The notes: generated from the sequence alone by a model not told the origin. A stretch of DNA of 25,161 nucleotides from a virus (IMGVR_UViG_3300033076_001447:1-25161), one strand, 5' to 3'; counted from the stretch's first letter, positions 1-7,573 are shown. Numbers and translations are program-made.

Positions 1-34
1 CATGCTTTCCGACGACTGGAATATCGTAGCATAA
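1..34 (+). CDS. 3' end of a DUF2829 / Tad2-like protein (partial)
   Basis: Frame from nt 2 reads MLSDDWNIVA-stop (TAA 32-34), resembling the DUF2829 C-terminal signature D-[ML]-L-[AS]-x-D-W-x-[IV]-V. Only 10 codons are visible. Confidence 0.6.
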   Translation, partial: MLSDDWNIVA

Positions 35-52
35 CCAAAAAACTGTATAACT

Positions 53-331
53 ATGTGTGAAGCAAAATCAGTTCGTATCGAACGAATCCTCGGGTGCATC
101 CAGAAGGAGCAATACTATCAGTTCCCGGGCACCACGATGACGGTGTGCTGTCTCACCCTTACAAATGGGTTCAACGTCACCGGTGAAAGCGCTTGCGTCG
201 ACATGTCGTTCTTCGACAAGAAGCTGGGCGAGGACATCGCCAAAGCAAACGCCGTCGAAAAGATCTGGCAGCTCGAGGGTTATCTTCTCAAAGAAAAGAT
301 GCATACGTGCACCTGTAAAAAGGACAACTGA
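53..331 (+). CDS. Phage N4 Gp49 / Sf6 gp66 family protein (Acb4-like nucleotide sponge candidate)
   Basis: Characteristic motifs TVCCLTLTNGFNVTGESACVD..FD..LGEDIA..NAVEKIWQLEGYLLKE. Confidence 0.85.
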   Translation: MCEAKSVRIERILGCIQKEQYYQFPGTTMTVCCLTLTNGFNVTGESACVDMSFFDKKLGEDIAKANAVEKIWQLEGYLLKEKMHTCTCKKDN

Positions 332-332
332 C

Positions 333-662
333 ATGAAAAACTTCTTTATCGGCGCAGCAATCGCCCTCGGTGTGCTCGTACTGTTCGCAGGAATCATCCC
401 AGCGCTGGACCTCGGTCTTACCAACTTCTGGGGGCCGAAGTTCAAAACGGCTGAGCGAAATGTATTCGAGCAGTCGAAAAGCTTCAACCAAGGCATGAGG
501 GACGATCTCGCAAAGTACTATGAAGAGTACAGCATGGCTGAAGATGAGGAGAAAAAGCTCGCCATCAAGGCCGTTGTTCGCATGCGGTTCTCTGACTTCG
601 ACGACGAATCGGTACATGAGCCTGTGCTCCGATCGTTTCTGATCGACATGCGAGGTTACTGA
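333..662 (+). CDS. Hypothetical membrane-anchored phage protein (109 aa)
   Basis: ATG at 333 just after the previous stop. N-terminal hydrophobic helix FFIGAAIALGVLVLFAGII followed by a helical soluble domain. The track's 165 start overlaps the upstream gene and is unlikely. Confidence 0.75.
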   Translation: MKNFFIGAAIALGVLVLFAGIIPALDLGLTNFWGPKFKTAERNVFEQSKSFNQGMRDDLAKYYEEYSMAEDEEKKLAIKAVVRMRFSDFDDESVHEPVLRSFLIDMRGY

Positions 663-674
663 GAGCGTTTGCCC

Positions 675-701
675 TGATACACTTATCAATACTGCTATAC
701 T
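675..701 (+). promoter_or_regulatory. Extended -10 promoter (TGcTATACT, 693-701) with upstream palindrome TGATA-N4-TATCA (675-688)
   Basis: Intergenic, ~20 nt upstream of the structured RNA cluster. No clear -35; the palindrome overlaps the -35 position. Confidence 0.5.
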
Positions 702-722
702 GGTAGTGCGAGGGGCAATGGA

Positions 723-795
723 GCTGGTGTAGCTCAACAGGTCCAGAGCGGGGTAGGAATGCCGTAGTACGCAGGTTCGAGTCCTGCCACCAGCG
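723..795 (+). ncRNA. tRNA-like element with the anticodon arm replaced by a GGAA tetraloop hairpin
   Basis: Acceptor GCTGGTG/CACCAGC (723-729/788-794), D stem GCTC/GAGC (732-735/746-749), T arm GCAGG-TTCGAGT-CCTGC (771-787). Between them only GGTA-GGAA-TGCC (752-763) can pair; there is no 7-nt anticodon loop. Confidence 0.75.
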
Positions 796-932
796 CGAGT
801 GCTTCAAGTTAAGCGAAGACCAAAAAGCACTCTGTCAAATAAATAGGAATCGCTCGCATAGCCTACGTCACAGGCCGATAGCGCTGGAATTATGTGCCCG
901 TCCGGGGGGATTGTACCCGGCAGCGCTTATAT

Positions 933-1004
933 TACCGGGTCGACAAGAGGTAAGTCACCACGCTTTGGACGTGGTCATCGCAGGTTCGAATCCTGCCCCG
1001 GTAG
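933..1004 (+). tRNA. tRNA-Gln (anticodon UUG)
   Basis: Acceptor TACCGGG/CCCGGTA (U1-A72, G73), D stem GAC/GTC, anticodon arm CCACG-CTTTGGA-CGTGG (958-974), T arm GCAGG-TTCGAAT-CCTGC. Followed by CCG, so CCA is not encoded. Confidence 0.93.
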
Positions 1005-1006
1005 CC

Positions 1007-1099
1007 GAGGTCGATGTGGTAGCGTTTGATCGACGCTTACCAAGAGGCACACGGTAGTGCAAGATCGCTCTGATGGGTTCGAATCCCACCATCGACCTC
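1007..1099 (+). ncRNA. tRNA-like element with long closing stem and aberrant D/anticodon arms
   Basis: 10-bp closing stem GAGGTCGATG/CATCGACCTC (1007-1016/1090-1099), T arm TGGG-TTCGAAT-CCCA (1074-1088), long hairpin GGTAGCGT-TTGATCG-ACGCT(T)ACC (1018-1041), bulged hairpin AGAG-GCAC-ACGGTA-GTGC-(AAGATCG)-CTCT (1043-1071). Confidence 0.7.
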
Positions 1100-1127
1100 T
1101 CCTTTACGGACAAAACGGAAAACAACC

Positions 1128-1448
1128 ATGGAAGAAAAACTCAAGGCATTTTTTGCCGGCATGCGTCAGGTACAGCCCATGAAGTACGATGCGCTATCAC
1201 CGGCGGAGAGACGCGACCTTCGCGTAAAGTATGAGGCTCATCAGAAAGATATGTGCTGGCACTGTAAAGCGCCACTGGCGGGCCCACCACCGGACAAAAT
1301 CACCCGCCGCAAGATCAACAAAAAGCTATTCCCGCCATCTTTTTTCGACTGGCCTGTACATCTGCACCATGATCACGAGACCGGGATGACACTCGGCGCG
1401 GTCCACAACTATTGCAATGCTGTCCTGTGGCAATACCACGGGCAGTAA
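1128..1448 (+). CDS. HNH / endonuclease VII-like nuclease
   Basis: CWHC Zn knuckle, then HLHHDHETG..LGAVH..CNAVL, matching the EndoVII pattern (DHDH.TG..RG.LC..CN). Confidence 0.8.
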   Translation: MEEKLKAFFAGMRQVQPMKYDALSPAERRDLRVKYEAHQKDMCWHCKAPLAGPPPDKITRRKINKKLFPPSFFDWPVHLHHDHETGMTLGAVHNYCNAVLWQYHGQ

Positions 1449-1476
1449 ACTCAAACCAACAAAACAAAAGGTAACC

Positions 1477-1650
1477 ATGGAAGAAAAGAACGAAGTATCG
1501 AAGCAGCTGCTTGAGCTTCAAGAGCTCGCAAAGCCTATTGTAGATTGGCTGTACACAAACGGATCGCCACATTCAATCGTGATCATCGATCAGATCAGTG
1601 CGCAGCTTATGCACGGAGCGCTTGGCGTTCACTTTGAGCCTAGGGGGTGA
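1477..1650 (+). CDS. Small hypothetical phage protein (57 aa, MEEKNEV...)
   Basis: ATG at 1477 after AAAGG in an A-rich spacer; LAKPIVDWL..NGSPH..VII pattern. Confidence 0.7.
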   Translation: MEEKNEVSKQLLELQELAKPIVDWLYTNGSPHSIVIIDQISAQLMHGALGVHFEPRG

Positions 1651-1653
1651 GCG

Positions 1654-1890
1654 ATGAAAGGATTCTTAACCATCAGAGAGGTAGGCTCTCAGCGCCGGGC
1701 CATTCGGACATCTACGATCAAGGAAGTGCGCGAAGACGGTACGCGGACCGTTGTCTACACGAAGATCGGCGACGGCCGACCGAGCTCCAGATCCATCTAT
1801 GTCAGGGCGGAGCAAGATTTCGATCAGGTCATGGACCTGATGGAGAAATCGATAGCACCAAAGGAGGTGACCGGTGAAGGTAGTAGGTAA
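1654..1890 (+). CDS. Hypothetical protein (78 aa)
   Basis: Packed in the operon 3 nt after the previous stop; beta-rich sequence. Confidence 0.6.
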   Translation: MKGFLTIREVGSQRRAIRTSTIKEVREDGTRTVVYTKIGDGRPSSRSIYVRAEQDFDQVMDLMEKSIAPKEVTGEGSR

Positions 1891-2212
1891 AACGACCAAG
1901 TACTATATCTGCCCCAAGTGCCATATCGATGTCCAACCGTTCGCGCAGCAGTGTCGTAATGGCCATACACTGCAGTGGGGCGAGATCGAGATTTCCGAAG
2001 TGCGGACGGCGGAGCTCGTCAATGCGTGGGACACGTTGCAGGGGGATACCGACCGATTCGAAATAACCGAGAAAAAGGTCAAGGACCTCATCGAAGCAAA
2101 GAAAGAGTTGCTGAACATCGTCATTAAAATCTACAACGCGGTAGAGCCATGGAGCATGTCCGAACTTGCAGATCTTATAACCAAATACAGGAGTGATAAC
2201 AATGGATTGTAG
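1874..2212 (+). CDS. Hypothetical protein with N-terminal Zn ribbon and coiled coil
   Basis: Strong SD AGGAGGT before GTG; CPKC...CRNGH motif. Confidence 0.7.
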   Translation: MKVVGKTTKYYICPKCHIDVQPFAQQCRNGHTLQWGEIEISEVRTAELVNAWDTLQGDTDRFEITEKKVKDLIEAKKELLNIVIKIYNAVEPWSMSELADLITKYRSDNNGL

Positions 2213-2483
2213 CGAGATTCTCAAAATTTCAAGTGCTCTGCTTGATGAAAAAGGCACCGGGTACGACAACGGCAAAGAGCGCAGTATGGCCAAGATCGTA
2301 GCGGCATTCAATACCATCACGGGCCACACCCTCACCGAACTCGAAGGGTGGGAATTCATGAAGGTCCTGAAAGCGGTTCGAATGTTTACTACCGATATAC
2401 CCAGTTCTGATACCTTCTTCGACGCGGTGAGCTATTCCGCTCTTCAGGCAGAGGCGTTTATGAATCGAGCGGAGCAGTCATGA
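2202..2483 (+). CDS. DUF6378-like protein (putative all-alpha nucleotide pyrophosphatase)
   Basis: G..YD...ERSM.KIVAAFN.ITG..LTE.EGW.FM..LK..R...D...D...Y.AL.AE pattern. SD AGGAG before ATG 2202. ATGA overlap with the polymerase gene. Confidence 0.75.
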   Translation: MDCSEILKISSALLDEKGTGYDNGKERSMAKIVAAFNTITGHTLTELEGWEFMKVLKAVRMFTTDIPSSDTFFDAVSYSALQAEAFMNRAEQS

Positions 2484-4495
2484 GTGTGCTTTGGATCGAT
2501 TTCGAAACCCGGTCAGCTTGCGATTTGAAGGTCCATGGCGCGTACAACTACGCCATGGATCCGACAACCGAAGTGCTGTGCCTATGCTACGCGTTCGACG
2601 ACGATCCCGTGGAGACATGGATACCAACAAAAAATCCGTCGCTAAACGACATGCTGCGCAACCCTATCCCCGACCGGGTGCGCAACTTCACCGGTCAGAT
2701 CAGAGCGCATAACGCCGCGTTTGAACGGCTGATCTTCAAGCATGTGCTCGGTATCGATTTCGATATCGAGCAGTTCTATTGCACGGCCACACAGGCCCGT
2801 GCCAACTGCATGCCGGGGCCCCTTGGCGATGTCGCACGGTTCAGCGGAGTCGACCAGAAGAAAGATTATCGGGGCGCACAGCTGATCAGGTGGCTCTGCA
2901 TTCCGGATGCGTCAGGCAAATTCAATAAAGACCCGCGGCTTTTGCAGGAGCTGTTTGATTATTGCGCTCAGGACGTTCGGGCAATGCGCGCGGTATCGAA
3001 ATCGTTGAGAGACTTGTCGAAGGAAGAACTTTATGACTATCATGTCAACGAGCGCATCAACGACCTCGGGATACTGGTGGATGTACCACTTTGTCTTGCG
3101 GCGGTTGACTACGCGGCTCAAGAGAAGAAAGAGATTGAACAGCTGGTACAGGAGATCACGGACGGTGAGATCACCAGTGTTCGATCGCGAAAAATGTGCT
3201 CGTGGGTTTTCGATCGCGTCGGTCGTGAAGCCAAAAAGTTAATGGAGATCTACGATGGCGGAGAGAAAAAGATTTCTATCGACAAAGGTGTACGCGCCAA
3301 CCTGCTACAATTCTCCGAGGAGAGGCCGGATGAGGTACCACCCGCCGTGGCGGACGTTATTCAGTGTGCGGATGACCTTTGGGCGTCGTCTGTGGCCAAA
3401 TTCAAGAGGATGGCAGAGCTGGCAGACTTCGAAGATGACCGAGTCCGAGGGGCTTTTGTTTTTGCAGGCGGGTCGGCAACAGGTAGGGCTTCAAGCTATG
3501 GACTGCAGATCCACAATCTTGCAAGAAAATGCGCGAAAGATCCTGACGCTGTTAGAGACGCGATGATCAAAAAGAGCGTGCTCATACCTGAGTTTGGCGA
3601 AGTGGTGAACGAGGTGCTGAAAAGCATGATCAGACCTTCGTTCCTCCCGCGCCCCGGTTACAAGCTGGTGATCGCGGACTGGAACGCCATTGAGGGCCGG
3701 GTCAACCCGTGGCTCTCGAACACCTCGTCAGGCGAGGCGAAGCTGCAGCAGTACCGCGACGGTGTTTGTCCTTACTGCGTGAACGCGGCCAACTTCTACG
3801 GCGTCAAGTACGAGGAGATCTACCACGAGTACAAAGAACTGAAGCAGACGGACCGCAGATCCGACGGAAAGATTCAAGAGCTCGCGTTCGGCTTCCTTGG
3901 CAGTATAGGCTCGTTCAAAGCCTTCGCAGGTAAGAACAACAAGTTCACCGAGGAAGATATGCTTCGTGCAGTCAGGGTGTGGAGACGAAACAATACGTGG
4001 GCGATGGAACACGGCCGAACGCTCGAGAGAGCATACATGCGGGCCATGCGAAACCCGGGTAAAGAAATACCTGCATGTCGCATAGTCTATTTGTTTGACG
4101 GGACTCACCTCTGGTACATGCTTCCGAGTGGTAGAATTCTTTGCTATCCATTCGCGAAAATCGAAGAAGGTTCTGTAACTTATGCCAAAGCTTCTTGGAA
4201 ACCAGCCGCCAATGCCAAGGAATGGCCCAGAGGTACGCTTTGGCCGGGTCTTGCGGTAGAGAACTGTACGCAGGCAACTGCAAACGACATTTTACGTTAC
4301 GCACTTCGCGAACTCGATGATCTCTACTACGAGATAGTGGCGCATATCCACGATGAAATCGTGGTGCAGGTCCCAGAAGATCAGGCTGAAGAGGCCAAAA
4401 CGGAGATCGAAAAAATAATGACTACCATCCCACCATGGGCTACCGGGCTCCCCTTAGCCGTCGAAGCAGACATACGGAGCAGGTACATGAAGTAG
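2480..4495 (+). CDS. polA: Family A DNA polymerase with 3'-5' exonuclease domain
   Basis: Exo motifs DFETRS, AHNAAFER, YCAQDV; pol motifs ATGR, ADWNAIE (A), R...KIQELAFGF (B), HIHDEIV (C). Confidence 0.96.
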   Translation: MSVLWIDFETRSACDLKVHGAYNYAMDPTTEVLCLCYAFDDDPVETWIPTKNPSLNDMLRNPIPDRVRNFTGQIRAHNAAFERLIFKHVLGIDFDIEQFYCTATQARANCMPGPLGDVARFSGVDQKKDYRGAQLIRWLCIPDASGKFNKDPRLLQELFDYCAQDVRAMRAVSKSLRDLSKEELYDYHVNERINDLGILVDVPLCLAAVDYAAQEKKEIEQLVQEITDGEITSVRSRKMCSWVFDRVGREAKKLMEIYDGGEKKISIDKGVRANLLQFSEERPDEVPPAVADVIQCADDLWASSVAKFKRMAELADFEDDRVRGAFVFAGGSATGRASSYGLQIHNLARKCAKDPDAVRDAMIKKSVLIPEFGEVVNEVLKSMIRPSFLPRPGYKLVIADWNAIEGRVNPWLSNTSSGEAKLQQYRDGVCPYCVNAANFYGVKYEEIYHEYKELKQTDRRSDGKIQELAFGFLGSIGSFKAFAGKNNKFTEEDMLRAVRVWRRNNTWAMEHGRTLERAYMRAMRNPGKEIPACRIVYLFDGTHLWYMLPSGRILCYPFAKIEEGSVTYAKASWKPAANAKEWPRGTLWPGLAVENCTQATANDILRYALRELDDLYYEIVAHIHDEIVVQVPEDQAEEAKTEIEKIMTTIPPWATGLPLAVEADIRSRYMK

Positions 4496-4500
4496 TCGGG

Positions 4501-4531
4501 ATCCCGGCACTTAGGTACCGGGATGCTTTTT
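4501..4531 (+). terminator. Rho-independent terminator-like hairpin after the polymerase gene
   Basis: ATCCCGG..CCGGGAT stem (4501-4507/4518-4524) followed by GC-TTTTT. Confidence 0.6.
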
Positions 4532-4553
4532 AACCACTAGATAACTGAACATC

Positions 4554-6917
4554 ATGGGGTCCCTTCCTACGCAGACAGAATTCATCGACTACTTATCCGG
4601 ACTTGCAAAGCAAACCAGAAGCGTAGCGCTTATTGTAAAGCAGGAGAGGAAAGGTATCGGTGCAGGAGGAGACGTAGAGTACATCTGGGCGCCGAAGTTA
4701 CCTGAGGCGTACAAACCGAGATCAACTGACGCCATATATGGCAACACTGGAGCATTTAAGCCAGAGGCTCTCAAAGAGAAGTTATCCGCTTCGAAGGCGA
4801 ATTGTGACTTCTGCATCTGCATGGTTCTGGATGACATCAACACGAAGGCCAAAGAGCCACCCTTGGCACCTACATGGGTGATAGAGACCTCGCCGGGATC
4901 ATTTCAGTGGGGTTATGCGTTCAGCGTTCAGCCAACCACCGACACTTTTACCTCCGCCATAACTGCTATAGGCGCTGCAGGTTACACCGACGCCTCCGCG
5001 AATAACGCTGTTCGAAATTTCCGTCTCCCCGGCTCGGTCAACCTGAAACCGGGGCGCGACAAATTCAAATCAAAGCTGATCTCATTCGATGGTGAACGGA
5101 AGTTTACCCTTGACGAGATATGCACGGGTCTCGGCGTGACCCCCGGCGAGTCGAGAGGCAGGTCTTACCGGTCGACGAACATCAAGCGTGAGAACGACGA
5201 GGTGTTGAAATGGCTTTCTGACAACAAGTACCTGCTGTCAGAACGCAGCAGCGAAGGGTGGTATTCAGTGGTGTGCCCTAACCATCATAAGCACACGGTC
5301 CCCACGGATGTAGCCGCCCGATATTCTCCCCACGACAGAGCGTTTTGCTGCTACCACGAGCATTGCTCACAAGAAACGTCGCAGGGATTTCTCGACTGGA
5401 TCTATGAGCAAGGCGGCCCGAGAGCATTTCACGGCCCCGACGAGGCTGCTTTTGCGAAGACAATGAGCGACACCATAAGTAAGCTGGAGCAAATCGAAAA
5501 GCTGCGCGGTGAAACCCAGAGGAGCCAGACCGTCGTCGCTCAAGAGCAGGCCAAACAGAGCCTGAACGACATCGTCCAAAAGCAAGCCAAACGGACTGAG
5601 AAAACGAATATGTTCTCCCGGTTTGCCTACGTCACGGCGGACGACACGTATTTCGATATGGAGGACCGCAAAGAGTATTCGCGATCGGTATTCAACGCGA
5701 TGTTCAGACACCTCAAGTTCATGTCGATCCACGGAGATAAGCCCCGCAAGGTCGAGGCCAGCATATTCTTCGATGAGAATCGAGACAGCCACGGGTGCCC
5801 GCTCACAAGCGGGGTCACTTACGCGCCCGGTGAGTCGAAGCTGGTAGGGAAGAAAGGCGAGGTATTCTGCAACCGGTGGCGCGACGGTCGGCCAACGGTC
5901 GATAAAAGCCTGAAGGCAAACATCGACATGTGGTTGAACCATGGTCGAAAGCTGATACCGAACGAGGAGGAGTTTCAACACATCCTCAACGTCATGGCAT
6001 TCAAGCTGCAGAACCCCAACATCAAAATCAACCACGCGGTACTGCATGCCGGCCGTGAGGGCTGCGGAAAGGACACGTTCTGGGCGCCGTTCATCTGGGC
6101 CGTTTGCGGGCCTGACTACGAGAACCGCGGGTATCTTGACAGCGCCACATTGAGCACGCCTTGGGGTTACCACCTCGAGTCCGAAGTGCTTCTGATCAAC
6201 GAGCTCAGGGAGCCCACCATGTCGGAACGGCAGGCACTGGCCAACAACCTGAAGCCTATCATTGCAGCACCTCCGGAGTTCTTGGACGTCAACCGGAAAG
6301 GCTTGCACCCTTTCAAGGCGGTAAACCGGACGTTCGTGCTGGCGTTTTCCAACAGCCGCACACCCATCAGTTTAGCGCCTCAGGATCGCCGGTGGTTTGT
6401 CATCTGGAGCGAGTCCCCGAGAATCGACGGATCAGCCATATGGCGCTGGTACAAATCAGGCGGCTTTGAAGCGGTCGCTGCGTACCTGTATCAAAGGGAC
6501 GTATCTGCGTTCAATCCCGCGGGCACCCCGTTCGAGACCGAGCATAAAACGAACCTCATCGAAGGCGGTATGAGCACGGTGCAGGCTTGGCTCGTTTATC
6601 TCGCCAAGAACTGCTTGAGTGAGTTCCAGAACGGCGTGGTTGGTTCCCCGTTCTTCAAGATTGCCGACAGGCTTCAAGGGCAGGCCCCGAGCGGCGCCAA
6701 AGTGCATCATGCAGGCGTTGTAGACGCGCTGCAGGACGCCGGGTGGTACAACCTTGGGCAGCTGAAGTCGAGAGAGAATCAGGCGAGAAAACAGATCTGG
6801 GTAAGCCCAGAGATATATGCTGACGTGGAGAAAGGCGACATATCGCGCAGTGCCATCAGGAATATGGCTGAGCAGCCCACAGGCGTCAGACTGGTTGAAC
6901 TTCAAAAAGGAGCGTAA
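4554..6917 (+). CDS. Primase-helicase (RepB-like primase, Zn domain, SF3/DUF5906 helicase)
   Basis: MVLDD, IETSPGSFQWGY, RNFRLPGSVN primase motifs; CPNHHKH...CYHEHC Zn site; Walker A GREGCGKDT, LINE, FSN, DRRW. Confidence 0.92.
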   Translation: MGSLPTQTEFIDYLSGLAKQTRSVALIVKQERKGIGAGGDVEYIWAPKLPEAYKPRSTDAIYGNTGAFKPEALKEKLSASKANCDFCICMVLDDINTKAKEPPLAPTWVIETSPGSFQWGYAFSVQPTTDTFTSAITAIGAAGYTDASANNAVRNFRLPGSVNLKPGRDKFKSKLISFDGERKFTLDEICTGLGVTPGESRGRSYRSTNIKRENDEVLKWLSDNKYLLSERSSEGWYSVVCPNHHKHTVPTDVAARYSPHDRAFCCYHEHCSQETSQGFLDWIYEQGGPRAFHGPDEAAFAKTMSDTISKLEQIEKLRGETQRSQTVVAQEQAKQSLNDIVQKQAKRTEKTNMFSRFAYVTADDTYFDMEDRKEYSRSVFNAMFRHLKFMSIHGDKPRKVEASIFFDENRDSHGCPLTSGVTYAPGESKLVGKKGEVFCNRWRDGRPTVDKSLKANIDMWLNHGRKLIPNEEEFQHILNVMAFKLQNPNIKINHAVLHAGREGCGKDTFWAPFIWAVCGPDYENRGYLDSATLSTPWGYHLESEVLLINELREPTMSERQALANNLKPIIAAPPEFLDVNRKGLHPFKAVNRTFVLAFSNSRTPISLAPQDRRWFVIWSESPRIDGSAIWRWYKSGGFEAVAAYLYQRDVSAFNPAGTPFETEHKTNLIEGGMSTVQAWLVYLAKNCLSEFQNGVVGSPFFKIADRLQGQAPSGAKVHHAGVVDALQDAGWYNLGQLKSRENQARKQIWVSPEIYADVEKGDISRSAIRNMAEQPTGVRLVELQKGA

Positions 6918-6919
6918 GC

Positions 6920-7201
6920 ATGTTAGAAAAAGAGGTTGAGAAGCATTTCAGAGAAACAGTGAAGCGTCTTGGCGGGACTTCTTTCAAGTTCACGTCGCCG
7001 ACAAACAGGGGTGTGAGCGATCGCATAGCGTGCCTACCCGACGGGTCGACATGGTTTGTTGAGTTGAAGACCCGGGGTGGTCGCTTGTCACCCCTTCAGA
7101 AGATCTTCGTGGAGACCATGGAGATGCTGAACCAGAACTATCGATGCTTCTGGAACAAAGAACAGATCGATCAATGGGCAGGTCAGCTGCCTAAACACTA
7201 A
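6920..7201 (+). CDS. VRR-NUC domain nuclease
   Basis: EKEVE...KFTSP..RGVSDRI...FVELK..GGRLSPLQ. Confidence 0.93.
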   Translation: MLEKEVEKHFRETVKRLGGTSFKFTSPTNRGVSDRIACLPDGSTWFVELKTRGGRLSPLQKIFVETMEMLNQNYRCFWNKEQIDQWAGQLPKH

Positions 7202-7213
7202 ACGGAGAAACCA

Positions 7214-7573
7214 ATGATTCACAGCCAAGCACTCGGCATCCTCGGGCTAAAAAACAGGCTTGACAAACTACGCAAAGAGCTTGTAGAGGCCGCGAATGCT
7301 ATCGATCGTTATGAAGAAGGCAAATGCTCAATCGACGACGTGCTTCACGAGTTCCGCGACGTTCTCTACGTATGGGGTTCAGTGTCCATAAGCGATGAGT
7401 TTATAGGCGCCGATGAACGCGTACCTCTCGAAGAGCATCGCAAGGTCAGCGACGAAAAGCTCAAAAAGGCTATCGCTGACGCGCGGTGCGACATGGAGGC
7501 TACGATAACAGACACGATCCTGCAGATGCGCCGTGCTGACTTTCTTGCCCGTCAAATACCTTTAGCCCTGTAA
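7214..7573 (+). CDS. MazG-like nucleotide pyrophosphohydrolase (divergent)
   Basis: KL.KEL.EA...I...VLHEFRDVLY resembles the MazG EExxE...ExxD metal motif; SD GGAG. Confidence 0.55.
   Translation: MIHSQALGILGLKNRLDKLRKELVEAANAIDRYEEGKCSIDDVLHEFRDVLYVWGSVSISDEFIGADERVPLEEHRKVSDEKLKKAIADARCDMEATITDTILQMRRADFLARQIPLAL

Noticed and set aside
770-997. 19-nt near-identical repeat CGCAGGTTCGA(G/A)TCCTGCC at 770-788 and 979-997 as a CRISPR repeat or att duplication
   Set aside because: Both are T arms of tRNA-like genes. There is no regular spacing, no cas gene and no integrase in the window.
933-1004. Possible suppressor tRNA or stop-codon recoding
   Set aside because: The anticodon is UUG (Gln), genes are intact in the standard code, and TAA, TAG and TGA all serve as stops.
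7017-7024. GCGATCGC (cyanobacterial HIP1) occurrences and frequent GATC/TCGA
   Set aside because: Only about two HIP1 copies were noticed in 25 kb, and enrichment cannot be established without a k-mer count.
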